Positions 1 through 10,152 of a DNA stretch of 64,000 bases are shown here, in pieces (positions within the stretch are counted from its first letter, which is position 1; each line of letters starts with the position of its first letter). The notes beneath the pieces were generated by a model that was not told the origin of the DNA, made no database searches, and worked only from the letters and a program-made list of their open reading frames with translations. The position numbers and the translations under genes were made by a program. Source of the DNA: an uncultured archaeon (GTDB lineage: Archaea; Aenigmatarchaeota; Aenigmatarchaeia; Aenigmatarchaeales; Aenigmatarchaeaceae); the NCBI GenBank assembly GCA_964608725.1, contig CAZSPB010000001.1, positions 171,696-235,695 on the forward strand, read 5' to 3'.

Positions 1-408
1 TAAAGCATCTCCTACATTTATTGCAATATCTTCACCAAAAATTAAATGCAAAGCTGGCTTCCCTCTTCTTTCTTCACTCATGTCTTCAATATCATCGTGG
101 ATTATAGTTGCATTATGAATGAGTTCAGGTAAAATAGCGAAATCTACAACATCTTTTGGGTCTCCACCTAAGGATTCATAAACTAAAAGAAATAAATATG
201 GTCTCCACCTTTTTCCACCTCTTTCTAAATAATCCCAAACAGGTTTTGAAATACCTTCTGTTATTGTTTGTGGTGTGTATTTAAATCGTGGCTTTCCAAG
301 CATGAAATTAAGGTGTTCTTCATTAAACTCTTTTGGAATATATTTTTCAATTGTTTTATCTATAAGAGGTTTAAATTCTTTTAACAACTCTTTTATTTCA
401 ATATCCAT
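1..408 (-). CDS. Polyprenyl diphosphate synthase (GGPP synthase/IdsA family), 5' part; continues beyond window start
   Basis: Manual translation from ATG at 408: MDIEIKELL...RGGKRWRP...ELIHNATIIHDDIEDMSEERRGKPALH; GGKRxRP and first DDxxD motif with RRG. Confidence 0.9.
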   Translation of the reverse strand, partial: MDIEIKELLKEFKPLIDKTIEKYIPKEFNEEHLNFMLGKPRFKYTPQTITEGISKPVWDYLERGGKRWRPYLFLLVYESLGGDPKDVVDFAILPELIHNATIIHDDIEDMSEERRGKPALHLIFGEDIAINVGDAL

Positions 409-503
409 TCAACCACTGCAACTAAATTTTGTTCTATAAACTTATAAAAATAACCACGACAATTCTAGAACAATTTTATTATCAAAAAACTAAAATACTT
501 TTT

Positions 504-1637
504 ATGAAATTAATGAAAGTTAAAGAGGGAAAAATTGAACTTTTCGTTCCAAAACCAAAAAATGGAAAATTTTCTAAAAAAACTATGCCAGTTTTCTTTA
601 ATCCACAAGCAGAGCTCAACAGAGATATTTCTGTTTCAGTAATTCAAGTATTTCAAAAACATTTCAAAAATAAATTAACAGTTTGTGATGCACTAGCAGG
701 AACTGGGATAAGAGGATTAAGGTACGCAAAAGAAGTAAAAGGAATTAAAAAAGTTGTTTTAAATGATAAAAACCCCATAGCTGTAAAACTTATAAAGAAA
801 AATATAAAAGAAAATAAGTTAACTAGAAAGTGTAAAGTGAGTAAAGAGGATGCAAACATTTTATTGAGAAAAAATGTTTTTAATGTTATTGATATAGACC
901 CATTTGGTTCTCCAGTTAATTTTTTAGATTCAGCAGCTCGTTCTATTTATCATAAAGGCTTTCTTGCTGTTACTGCTACTGATCAAGCTCCACTTTGTGG
1001 AACTTATCCTTTAACTTGTTTTAAGAAATATGGTATCATTTCACTTAAAACTGATTTTTTTGCTGAACTTGGTATGAGAATTTTAATTTCTCATATAATT
1101 TTAACTCTTTCAAAAAAAGATAAAGCTTTTTTTCCTCTTTTAGTTCATTCTACAAAACATTACTTTAGAGTTTTTGGAAAAATAGAGCATCTCGGAAAGA
1201 TAAAAGAACTTCTTAAAAGTTTTGGTTTTGTAATGTATTGCAAGTGTGGTAATAGAGAATTTGGTAACATAAAAGAAAAATGTAATTGCGGAAAAAAGTT
1301 TAAAGTAGTAGGCCCAGTCTACCTAGGTAAAATTTTAGATAAAAAATTTTGTAAAGAAGTTCTACTTGATTTAAAAAATAGAGATTTTAAACTCAAAAAA
1401 GAAGAAGAAAAATTATTGAACTTCTTAGTAGAAGAATCGGAAATGCCGCCATTTTATTACGATCTCCATTTTTTAGCGAGAATTTTAAAAGTTAAAATTC
1501 CAAAAATTAATTTCTTAATAGAAAAATTGAAGGTTAAAGGGTTTAAGGCAAGTAGAACTCATTTTTGTTTAACCGCGATAAAAACTGATGCAAACTTTAA
1601 AACTTTAAAAAGAATTCTTAAAACTATTTCGCGGTAA
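504..1637 (+). CDS. trm1: tRNA (guanine26-N2)-dimethyltransferase
   Basis: VFFNP..NRD, DALAGTGIRGLRY, IDIDPFGSP, VTATD motifs; start moved from 429 to ATG 504 (513 also possible). Confidence 0.93.
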   Translation: MKLMKVKEGKIELFVPKPKNGKFSKKTMPVFFNPQAELNRDISVSVIQVFQKHFKNKLTVCDALAGTGIRGLRYAKEVKGIKKVVLNDKNPIAVKLIKKNIKENKLTRKCKVSKEDANILLRKNVFNVIDIDPFGSPVNFLDSAARSIYHKGFLAVTATDQAPLCGTYPLTCFKKYGIISLKTDFFAELGMRILISHIILTLSKKDKAFFPLLVHSTKHYFRVFGKIEHLGKIKELLKSFGFVMYCKCGNREFGNIKEKCNCGKKFKVVGPVYLGKILDKKFCKEVLLDLKNRDFKLKKEEEKLLNFLVEESEMPPFYYDLHFLARILKVKIPKINFLIEKLKVKGFKASRTHFCLTAIKTDANFKTLKRILKTISR

Positions 1638-1806
1638 AAATACCCTTTCTAGTTTTTATTCTATTAAATATAGGACATCTACCAACTTTTGTCCAATAAC
1701 ACAAAGGCCCTAAACATCTCTTTGTGCCAGCATAATAATAACAAAATTTTACAGTTCTCCCATTTCTTATAACTACTGGCCTTTGTGGTTTAAGTTTCTT
1801 AAACAT
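1624..1806 (-). CDS. Small Cys-rich basic hypothetical protein
   Basis: ORF filling an intergenic gap, four Cys; no family recognised; start uncertain (1806 or 1833). Confidence 0.45.
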   Translation of the reverse strand: MFKKLKPQRPVVIRNGRTVKFCYYYAGTKRCLGPLCYWTKVGRCPIFNRIKTRKGIFTAK

Positions 1807-1886
1807 GAAACTGCCTCTTTTTGTTACTAACATGTAATAAATATAGGAATTCTTATATTTAAAACTATTGGTCAGTAGTAAAACCT

Positions 1887-2183
1887 TTATTTCCTATGGA
1901 AATCAAAAAGAAACTTTTTTAAGTTAATTTTTTCTTTCTTCACTTCTATACCATCTTTTTTTAACAGTTCTATTTTCTTCTTTACACCTAAACTATAACC
2001 ACTTATTTTTCCAGAAGAATAAATGACTTTATAACAAGGAGCCTTCTTTGGATCATTCTTACTTAAAAGTTTACCAACAGCTCTAGGGTGAATTTTAAGC
2101 TCTCTTGCTAATATTTTGTATGTAGTTACTTTATTTTTAGGAATTTTCAACAGTAATTTTTGTAATCTTTTAGCTGTATTCAT
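1887..2183 (-). CDS. MGMT/Ogt-family alkylated-DNA repair protein (C-terminal domain only)
   Basis: IPKNKVTTYKILA, PRAVG HTH, active-site PCYKV (canonical PCHRV). Confidence 0.85.
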   Translation of the reverse strand: MNTAKRLQKLLLKIPKNKVTTYKILARELKIHPRAVGKLLSKNDPKKAPCYKVIYSSGKISGYSLGVKKKIELLKKDGIEVKKEKINLKKFLFDFHRK

Positions 2184-2343
2184 ATTTTATAAGTGTTCTT
2201 ATGAAAACATTTAAATATGCTGGGAGAAAAGGCTCTCAAAGCCCTAGGAAGAATATCAAAGCGAGATAGAAACGTAAAGGAGATAGTAAAAAGAAAAGGC
2301 GATAAAAGAGTTTTAGAAATTTGTAACAAATTCTTCAGAAAGT

Positions 2344-2913
2344 TTAATATCTTCTAACAGGCCCTGCAACAAACAATCTATATCTTATATTTTTATCTTC
2401 CAATTCTTCCATTATTCTTTTCACTATAGAATTAACAGGATCTGGCATTAATTTTATCCTTTTCTTTATATCTTCAAAACTTTTGAAAGGTTCTTTTTTT
2501 CTTTCATTTATAATATCCCACATATGTTTTTTTCCAACACCAGGTAACAATTCTAATTGATGAAGTCTTGTTGTTATTGGTCTTGCATTGTTAAAGAAGT
2601 CAACAAATCTCTTTTCATTTTCTTTCACAAGTTTTTCAACAACTCCAGGTAATTCAGATTTTGCAAACGATGTTAAGTCGTTTATATTTATTCTCCTTTT
2701 TATATGATCAACATGATCTCTTTTTGCATTACCTATATAAATTCTATCACCAGGTTTTAAACTCACACCTTTTCTTATGACTACTTCTAGTAAAGAGAAA
2801 TATTTTTCTCCTATTACTTGTGCTAGAGGCTCTGGTTTACCCGTAGCGCGGCCTCTAGGGAGGAAATCCAATACTATTACATTTTCATCCTTAAGAAGTG
2901 GCATAGCTATCAA
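2344..2913 (-). CDS. DUF655 putative RNA-binding protein
   Basis: VLDFLPRG, FFNNARPITTRLHQLELLPGVGKK HhH motif; usual position downstream of rpo4. Confidence 0.9.
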   Translation of the reverse strand: MIAMPLLKDENVIVLDFLPRGRATGKPEPLAQVIGEKYFSLLEVVIRKGVSLKPGDRIYIGNAKRDHVDHIKRRININDLTSFAKSELPGVVEKLVKENEKRFVDFFNNARPITTRLHQLELLPGVGKKHMWDIINERKKEPFKSFEDIKKRIKLMPDPVNSIVKRIMEELEDKNIRYRLFVAGPVRRY

Positions 2914-3245
2914 CTATACTTCTTGACTATTTCTAAAATTTTTTTTATTTCTTCTTCTTTTAAGCTAAATCTTTCTTTTGCAAATATTAATCTAACTTCA
3001 TCAGGTGTTTTTGGAAGAATGTTTAATATTTGTATTGCAGTTTCAGGAGACATTCTTAAAACATTTGAAATTTCTTCTAAGAATTTTTTTGATTTTTCAT
3101 AACTCAGTTTAGTAAATTTTCTTAAGTATTCTAAAGCAATTTTTTGCTCATAACTTAAATCTTTTCTATTCTCATAACTACTCATAATCTTTTTTGCTTC
3201 CGGCATTCCAACAGGCTTTATTTCTAGAATTTTCATAAAAATCAT
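2910..3245 (-). CDS. rpo4: RNA polymerase subunit Rpo4 (RpoF)
   Basis: LSYEQKIALEYLRKF, ILPKTPDEVRLIF; synteny with DUF655. Confidence 0.9.
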   Translation of the reverse strand: MIFMKILEIKPVGMPEAKKIMSSYENRKDLSYEQKIALEYLRKFTKLSYEKSKKFLEEISNVLRMSPETAIQILNILPKTPDEVRLIFAKERFSLKEEEIKKILEIVKKYS

Positions 3246-3261
3246 TTATCAATATTAATTT

Positions 3262-3546
3262 TTAAACTTTAAGATGTTTTTTTCTCACACTCTTTCCAGG
3301 TTTCACTATTCTATGAAATCTAGCACAACTTGGGCATACATATATTTTTTGTCTGAATAAATGAATTTGATGACGTTTTACTTGTTGACGTATTAAGGGA
3401 TCCGAAATTCTAAATCCTCTATATTTTACAAAAGTTTTATATCTAGGTACTTTTCTTCCACAATACCCACATGTTACCATCACTTCTTTTCCTCTTCTTT
3501 TCGTATGTGCATAAGTTCTTTTGTAAGGAGCAGTACTAATTGGCAA
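3262..3546 (-). CDS. rps26e: 30S ribosomal protein eS26
   Basis: Basic N-terminus, VTCGYCGRKVP..K and YVCPSCARFHRIVK zinc ligands with S26e spacing; TTG start after SD GAGGTGA. Confidence 0.8.
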   Translation of the reverse strand: MPISTAPYKRTYAHTKRRGKEVMVTCGYCGRKVPRYKTFVKYRGFRISDPLIRQQVKRHQIHLFRQKIYVCPSCARFHRIVKPGKSVRKKHLKV

Positions 3547-3636
3547 GTTCTCACCTCTTTAAAATATTGTTTCACGAATATTTATAAAAGAAAGCTTAAA
3601 TAATCTTGAAATGATTTAATTCTAATAGGTGTTATT

Positions 3637-5082
3637 ATGTTTAAAGAAAAATTGAAAAGAATTGATGAATGTTTATGGGAACTACCTAAAGGAACAAAAC
3701 CAGGAATGAAGGTACCAGCAAGACTTTTCTTGTCTGAAAAACTTTTGAAAATAGTGGAGGATGGGGCTATAGAACAAATAGCAAACGTTGCCTTTCTACC
3801 AGGAATCCAAAAGTATTCAATAGCACTTCCTGATATGCATTTTGGTTATGGTTTTCCAATAGGTGGAGTAGCAGCACTAGATTATGAGGAAGGAGGTTTA
3901 TCACCTGGGGGGATTGGTTTTGATATTAACTGTGGGGTCAGGTTACTCAAAACTAATTTGAGAGTAGAACAAATTAAATCAAAGTTAAAAAATTTGCTTG
4001 ATTCGCTCTTTCGAAACATTCCTTCAGGAGTAGGAAGAAGTGGAAAGCTTAAGCTTACTCTCTCACAATTAGATGAAGTTTTAGCTAAAGGTGTTAAATG
4101 GGCGATTAATAACGGTTATGGAAGAAAAGAAGATTTTTTTCATATAGAGGAAAATGGTTGTTATCCAGGTGCGAACCCAGATAAAGTTTCCTCAAAAGCT
4201 AAAAAGAGGGGGGCCCCCCAACTGGGAACGTTAGGAGCTGGGAATCATTTCTTAGAAATACAGAAAGTAGACAAAATTTATTTACCAGAAGTAGCTAAAG
4301 TTTTTGGAATTGAAAAGGAAGGTCAAGTTATGGTGATGATTCATACCGGATCTCGAGGTTTTGGTCACCAAGTTTGCACAGATTATTTACAGATATTGGA
4401 AACCAGATTTAGAAATGAAATTAGAAAGTTGCCTGATAGAGAGTTAGTTTACGCTCCTGCTGGTTCTCAAGAGTGTGAAGATTATCTTCAAGCTATGGCT
4501 TGTGCTATGAATTTCGCATGGACTAATCGTCAATTGATCACCCACTGGACAAGAGAGAGTTTAGTTAAGACATTAGGAATGAAAGAAGAGGACATAGGAT
4601 TGGAAATAATTTATGATGTAACTCATAATACAGCAAAAATAGAAGAGTATGAAATTGATGGGAAAAAAAGAAAAGTTTTTGTTCATAGGAAAGGGGCTAC
4701 ACGAGCTTTTCCACCCGGAAATCCAGAAATACCAAGTGATTATCAAAAAGTAGGACAACCAGTTTTAATCCCAGGGAGTATGGGCACAGCAAGTTATGTT
4801 TTAGTCGGGACTGAAAGTGCAAGAGAAACTTTCTTTTCAACTGCTCATGGAGCTGGAAGAGTTATGTCAAGATCCAAAATGTTAAAAGGTTTTAGAGGAG
4901 AAGAAGTTGCAAGAAAATTGTCTCAAAGAGGTATTTTATCTAAATCAGCAAGCTGGAAAGTTATGGCTGAAGAAGCTCCTGAAGCTTACAAAGATATAGA
5001 TGAAGTAGTTAGAGTTACACAAAAGGCAGGTATAAGCAAGATTGTAGCAAAATTAGTTCCTCTTGGTGTTGTGAAAGGGTAG
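3637..5082 (+). CDS. rtcB: RNA-splicing ligase RtcB
   Basis: PDMHFGYGFPIGG, GFDINCGVR, GTLGAGNHF, HRKGAT, HGAGR motifs. Confidence 0.97.
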   Translation: MFKEKLKRIDECLWELPKGTKPGMKVPARLFLSEKLLKIVEDGAIEQIANVAFLPGIQKYSIALPDMHFGYGFPIGGVAALDYEEGGLSPGGIGFDINCGVRLLKTNLRVEQIKSKLKNLLDSLFRNIPSGVGRSGKLKLTLSQLDEVLAKGVKWAINNGYGRKEDFFHIEENGCYPGANPDKVSSKAKKRGAPQLGTLGAGNHFLEIQKVDKIYLPEVAKVFGIEKEGQVMVMIHTGSRGFGHQVCTDYLQILETRFRNEIRKLPDRELVYAPAGSQECEDYLQAMACAMNFAWTNRQLITHWTRESLVKTLGMKEEDIGLEIIYDVTHNTAKIEEYEIDGKKRKVFVHRKGATRAFPPGNPEIPSDYQKVGQPVLIPGSMGTASYVLVGTESARETFFSTAHGAGRVMSRSKMLKGFRGEEVARKLSQRGILSKSASWKVMAEEAPEAYKDIDEVVRVTQKAGISKIVAKLVPLGVVKG

Positions 5083-5089
5083 AAAGTGG

Positions 5090-5506
5090 TCAGATATCAA
5101 GTATAATTCTGGCCTTCCATTTATCATTAATTTTCTTAACTTGGAGTTGATGATAGGTACAACTTTTGACTTCAGTTCTTAATTCATGTTTTTTAGGGTC
5201 TATTTCTTCTCCTAGGCAATTTGCTTTTAATTCTAAATTATTTTCATCAATTTTTACATTAAATTTCGAAAAAGCTAAATTTTCTGAACCATAAAAAACT
5301 AGCAGTTCGTTTAACCAATTAAACATTAAAGATTCCAAATCATTACCTTTAACTTCTACTCTTTTCTCAACTTTTGGCTCTACTTGTTTTGTGTTTACCA
5401 TTACTTCGAACATTGCTAATGCTGCACTTTCAAAAAGTTCATTTAAATCTTTTCCATAAGCTTCAAATGCTACATCCGCTGTTGTGATGTCTACGAACTT
5501 AAACAT
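5090..5506 (-). CDS. Archease (RtcB activator)
   Basis: TADVAFEAYG N-terminus, EVKSCTYH and C-terminal LDI; convergent with rtcB. Confidence 0.93.
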   Translation of the reverse strand: MFKFVDITTADVAFEAYGKDLNELFESAALAMFEVMVNTKQVEPKVEKRVEVKGNDLESLMFNWLNELLVFYGSENLAFSKFNVKIDENNLELKANCLGEEIDPKKHELRTEVKSCTYHQLQVKKINDKWKARIILDI

Positions 5507-5507
5507 A

Positions 5508-6068
5508 TTAACCTCCTATTGGAGTGTAGTGTAATGTTACTGTATGAGGTTTGTCCATTAGAATGTTACAACCACTTTGATAACCTTCACATTCACTAAA
5601 CTCACAATTTTCTCCATCGACTTCCCACTTTACCACTCCACTTCCAGAAAGATAAGCTGCAACTGTGCAAGCTAGAGAATCCTCATCTGCTTGAACAGAA
5701 TAAGGTGCTTCAAGAGTTACATTAATTTTTTCTCCATCAAGATAATAGCTTGTAAAAACTTTCAATCCAGGAGGCAAAGACTCTATACTCAAAGTATAAT
5801 TAACTTTAACAGTGTAATTAGAAGGTTCGCCACCACTTGTGCCGGGAGTGGTAGTAGAAGAAGTGGTTTTATTTCCCTTTTTATTTTCTTCTACAGTTTG
5901 AGTAATGTTTCCTGATACTTTTTCAATTTCTGATTTCGAAATATTTTTTTCTTTCGTTTGATTTGTTTTTGGCTTAAAGAGTTGGGAAGAAGTAGGGAAG
6001 AAAAATGTAATTAACAAAAGTAAAATTATGAAGGCCAATATAACTAATAAAAATTTTTTGTTTAGCAT
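5508..6068 (-). CDS. Membrane-anchored exported hypothetical protein
   Basis: N-terminal hydrophobic helix, S/T/G linker, several NxS/T sequons, beta-rich Cys-containing C-terminal domain. Confidence 0.7.
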   Translation of the reverse strand: MLNKKFLLVILAFIILLLLITFFFPTSSQLFKPKTNQTKEKNISKSEIEKVSGNITQTVEENKKGNKTTSSTTTPGTSGGEPSNYTVKVNYTLSIESLPPGLKVFTSYYLDGEKINVTLEAPYSVQADEDSLACTVAAYLSGSGVVKWEVDGENCEFSECEGYQSGCNILMDKPHTVTLHYTPIGG

Positions 6069-6093
6069 AAGTAAAGAATATTTTCAGGAGTTT

Positions 6094-6924
6094 TTATATG
6101 TTCTCATAAGAAGATAAAATTTTTTCTTTATAGGAAGGAGCAAAATTTTCAATTTCAACTTTAATCTCATTTACCACACTTTCCCATTTCTTTGGAAACA
6201 TTTCTTTAAAATCTTTTGCATAATTTTTCCAGGTTGTATTTATATAATCTTGAAGTGTTCGTAAGTAGCCATGATTCACATGCTCTTCTACTTCTTCTTC
6301 AATTTGACGATGGATAAATTTACTTTTTGCAAGTATAACTGGAACTTTTTCTTTTTCAGAACTTCTTTCAAAAACTTCTCTTTCATGTTGTAATAGTAAT
6401 GGTAGGTTTCCATTTTTTGCTATCATAAAGTTGCTTAGCATTTTACTTGGTGGTGCTACACAATCTTCATGAACTTCATAATCAAAATTTTTAATAAATG
6501 TTAATTTTGGTAACGTTGCCATGAATGCCCTAGCTAATTCCCTTCTATAATATGGTTTGATTTCGCTTCTCACTACTAGAAAAAGATCACAGTCTGCATG
6601 TCTGCTTGCTACTTTAAAAATTTCTCCTTCTATTTCTTTTTCAGAAAGATCATGAAAGTTATTTTTTGTTTCAATAAACTCTTTAATGTTTCCTAAATTA
6701 TCTTTTATTGAAAGGCTCCCAACCATAATACAAATTTCATATGGATTTCTATAACCTCTTGAAGAAAATTCATTTTCTATTTTCTCAAAACTTTCAGTTA
6801 CGCCATAAGTAATTTCAGGTACTCTTAACAACTTTTCTCCTTGAATTTCTAGCATTAATTCATAATTTGATAAAAGTTCTTTCTTCGACTTACCTTTCTT
6901 AAAAATATTTAATTTTTCTAGCAT
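6094..6924 (-). CDS. Hypothetical protein
   Basis: 276-aa ORF in operon-like spacing downstream of the TrmB regulator; no family recognised. Confidence 0.7.
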   Translation of the reverse strand: MLEKLNIFKKGKSKKELLSNYELMLEIQGEKLLRVPEITYGVTESFEKIENEFSSRGYRNPYEICIMVGSLSIKDNLGNIKEFIETKNNFHDLSEKEIEGEIFKVASRHADCDLFLVVRSEIKPYYRRELARAFMATLPKLTFIKNFDYEVHEDCVAPPSKMLSNFMIAKNGNLPLLLQHEREVFERSSEKEKVPVILAKSKFIHRQIEEEVEEHVNHGYLRTLQDYINTTWKNYAKDFKEMFPKKWESVVNEIKVEIENFAPSYKEKILSSYENI

Positions 6925-6933
6925 TCTCGAACC

Positions 6934-7782
6934 CTACTTTAACTTTTTTATTAATTCGCCAGCAGGCAAAGCTTTTTCCCAAAGGAGGTAGAAATAATCT
7001 CTAAAAGCTTTTGCTATTAATTTGCTATTTAACACCATGCCAGAATAATCAGCAATATCTTCTGACCAATGGACACCATCTTTTAACTCTTTTAAATTAA
7101 CACCAGGTTTAGGAACTTTTTTTATTAAATAAACTTTTTTACCATCTGCTATAATTCCTCTTAATTCATTTCTATAATCATCGAAATACTTCAGCTCTGC
7201 ACCAGTTTTCAATGCTTTTTTTATGTTGGGTAAAACTTTTTTAAAACAAATGATTTTATACTTTATACCCCTTTTTACAGCTCTTTTTATATCATTTTTT
7301 CGGAGGTCTATCCAAGAAAGATCTCCTGCAAAAACCAAAAATTCTTTTTTTACATTCCTTTGAATTTCATCCCAAATTTCTCCTACATTCATTCTTCTAT
7401 AAGTTAGAGAAAATGTATCTTCTTTTTCTATACCGCTTTCTTGTGGAGATAAATTTGAGACAAGTTTTAAAAATTCTGAAGATATGGCATCTATACTTCT
7501 TATCTTTTCTCTCATTTTTCTTTTTTCATCTTCTTTTAAGATTGAGAAGAATTTTTTAAGGTTAATTATTTTAAAAGTTTGAGGTCTTGTTTTTGAAATT
7601 ATTACTAAACCTTTCTTTGCTAAACTTTCCATCGTATCATAAACTCTTGGAAGTGGTATTTTTCCTAAAGAAGAAATTCTCTCTGCAGTACATTTTCCAA
7701 ATTTGATTAAAGTTAAACATGCTCTGGCTTCATATTCTGTTAAACCCAATTGTTTTAACAATACTTCTGGTTTTTCATTCAT
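6934..7782 (-). CDS. TrmB-family transcriptional regulator
   Basis: LGLTEYEARACLTL...IPLPRVYDTMESLAKKGLV wHTH plus effector-binding domain. Confidence 0.9.
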   Translation of the reverse strand: MNEKPEVLLKQLGLTEYEARACLTLIKFGKCTAERISSLGKIPLPRVYDTMESLAKKGLVIISKTRPQTFKIINLKKFFSILKEDEKRKMREKIRSIDAISSEFLKLVSNLSPQESGIEKEDTFSLTYRRMNVGEIWDEIQRNVKKEFLVFAGDLSWIDLRKNDIKRAVKRGIKYKIICFKKVLPNIKKALKTGAELKYFDDYRNELRGIIADGKKVYLIKKVPKPGVNLKELKDGVHWSEDIADYSGMVLNSKLIAKAFRDYFYLLWEKALPAGELIKKLK

Positions 7783-7941
7783 TAACTCACCAAAAATTTA
7801 ACTCTACTTAACGGAATATAACCTCAAACTATAAAAAGATTTTTTCATGAAATTAAAAATTCGACAATTACCGTTTTTTTATTTACTTTTACTACTGGAA
7901 TTGAGTAAAGTTTTTTAAAAAAGAAAAAAAATATAAATAAT

Positions 7942-8445
7942 ATGGAAAGAAGCAAGAAAGTAATATTTGTAAGTCATTGTCTTCTTAATCAAAACACGAT
8001 GCCAATTGGTGTTGAAAAATATCCAGGAGCAGTAAGAGACTTGTTAGAATTGTTTGCTGAGGCCGGAGTTGGCATAGTTCAACTTCCCTGTCCTCAAATG
8101 GAATTTGAAGGACTTAACAGAAAAGCCAAATCAAAAGATTCATACGATACGGATGGTTTCAGATCTATATGCAGAAAAATTTCTTCAAAAATAATAGAAG
8201 AAGTTGAAAAGTATTTGAAAGAAGATTACAAAGTTATTGGCATACTAGGTGTTGAAACATCATCAACTTGTGGTGTTCATCAAGTAAGAAATGGAAATAA
8301 GAGTGTTCCTGGAAAAGGGATTCTAATTGAAGAAATAGAGAAAATGATGCAAAGGAAAAATTTTCAAGTTCCTATAATTGGAATAAATCTTAACAATGTC
8401 TACAGTTCTCTTGAGAAAGTCCAATCTTTATTAAAATTTTTATAA
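7942..8445 (+). CDS. DUF523/TudS-related protein (putative Fe-S desulfidase), copy 1
   Basis: VSHCLLNQN, QLPCPQ, GVETSSTCGV, GKGILIEE motifs. Confidence 0.75.
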   Translation: MERSKKVIFVSHCLLNQNTMPIGVEKYPGAVRDLLELFAEAGVGIVQLPCPQMEFEGLNRKAKSKDSYDTDGFRSICRKISSKIIEEVEKYLKEDYKVIGILGVETSSTCGVHQVRNGNKSVPGKGILIEEIEKMMQRKNFQVPIIGINLNNVYSSLEKVQSLLKFL

Positions 8446-8446
8446 T

Positions 8447-10102
8447 TCACATACGTTCTATCAAAGGTATCATGAGAAGAGTTAGGCCAGTTTTTAAAAC
8501 ATTCTTAACACATTCAACAAGCTTCAATCTAGCATTTTTGAATTTTTCTTCAGATTTTAAAATTGGTATATTTTGATAAAACTCGTTAAATGAATCTGCC
8601 AACTTATGCAAATAATTTGCTAAGTAATGAGGCCTTAATTCCTTTCTACATTTTTCTAAAATTTCTGGATATTTTGCTAAAAGTTTTAATATCTTTTTTT
8701 CTTTTTCTTCTTTTAAATATCTTCCATCAAAATTTTCGTATTTCCCTTTTTTCAATAAAGAGTTTATCCTTGCGTAAGTGTATTGAAGATACGGTCCTGT
8801 ATCACCTTCAAATTTTAAGGCCCTTTTCCATGAAAAATTAACGATTTTTTCTGGCGAGTATTTCAGTATAAAGTAAATTATAGACGAGAGCGCTATAGCT
8901 TCTGCCCTTTTTATTTTTTCTTTATCTTCTAAATCTTTCCATCTTTTTTCAATCTCTTTTAAAGATCTTTTTTCTCCTTCTTCTAACAAATCATCCCATA
9001 AAACCATCCAACCTTTTCTTGCAGACATTTTTTTACCTTCTAAAAGAACCATAGAAAACCAAAGATGAATTGAATTTTTTGCCAATTCTTTGTAACCAAG
9101 AAGTTCTAAAGTTTTGAATTGTTGTTCAAAATGAAGTTTTTGATCTTCTGCAACAACATAAATATTTAATTCAGGTTTATACTTTTCATATTTTAACAAA
9201 GTTAAGGCAATATCCCTAGTTAAATATAACCCAGTACCATCTGATCTTAAAATTATAGTATTAGGAAGTTCTGGTTCAAGTTTTAGAACTAAAGCACCTT
9301 CTGAATCAAAAACTAAATTCTTTTCTTTTAACTCTTCAACTACTTCTTTACTCTTTTTTATAAGTTCAGATTCCCATATAATTTCATCAAACTTTACGCC
9401 AATTTTTTTCCAATTCTCTTTAAATCCTTCTAAACACCAATTAAAAACTTTTTTAGCGATTTTTACTATTTCTTCATCACCACTTTCATACTTTTTCAAT
9501 ATTCCAAATACCTTTTTCTCCAAATCTGGTTCTCTTTTTATTTTTTCATTCATTTCGTAGTAAATATTACCTAGCCAAACATCGGGTTTACCTTCAGGTT
9601 CTTCCCCATTTGCAAGTAATTTGTAGCCAAGCAATAATATTGCTGCTTGCTTCCCTAAATCATTTAAATAACAAATTCTTTTTACTTCATAGCCTTGAAA
9701 CTCTAGAATTCTTGATAAAGACTCTCCAATTAAAGTTGACCTTAAAGTTCCCATATGAAATGGGTGTGCTGGGTTCGGTGAAGATAAATCAATCACAACT
9801 CTTTTTTTTATTTCATTTTTTCCGTATTCTTCACTGATAGTTTCTAGAAGAACTTGTGAAAAATCTTCCCACTTTATATAAAAGTTAAGATATGGCCCTT
9901 CTGCTTTTGTTTCTAAAAATTTTATTTTCGTTTTTTTCGCAAGTTCTTTAGCTACTTCTTCTGGCCTTTTCTTCAATTTTCTCGCTAAATTGAAACAAGG
10001 ATATGCAAAATCACCATGCTCTTCTGGTTCTTCAATATCTTCAATACTGACTTTTAAATTTTCAGCTATTTTTTCTTTTAAATCTTTCCAAAAATTTTGC
10101 AT
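8447..10102 (-). CDS. argS: Arginine--tRNA ligase
   Basis: SSPNPAHPFHMGTLR (HIGH-like), KMSARKG, GDTGPYLQYTYAR, C-terminal ERM. Confidence 0.97.
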   Translation of the reverse strand: MQNFWKDLKEKIAENLKVSIEDIEEPEEHGDFAYPCFNLARKLKKRPEEVAKELAKKTKIKFLETKAEGPYLNFYIKWEDFSQVLLETISEEYGKNEIKKRVVIDLSSPNPAHPFHMGTLRSTLIGESLSRILEFQGYEVKRICYLNDLGKQAAILLLGYKLLANGEEPEGKPDVWLGNIYYEMNEKIKREPDLEKKVFGILKKYESGDEEIVKIAKKVFNWCLEGFKENWKKIGVKFDEIIWESELIKKSKEVVEELKEKNLVFDSEGALVLKLEPELPNTIILRSDGTGLYLTRDIALTLLKYEKYKPELNIYVVAEDQKLHFEQQFKTLELLGYKELAKNSIHLWFSMVLLEGKKMSARKGWMVLWDDLLEEGEKRSLKEIEKRWKDLEDKEKIKRAEAIALSSIIYFILKYSPEKIVNFSWKRALKFEGDTGPYLQYTYARINSLLKKGKYENFDGRYLKEEKEKKILKLLAKYPEILEKCRKELRPHYLANYLHKLADSFNEFYQNIPILKSEEKFKNARLKLVECVKNVLKTGLTLLMIPLIERM

Positions 10103-10152
10103 TTTATCCCTTCCTATACATCTTTTCTTATATAAATTGTTAATATATAATT

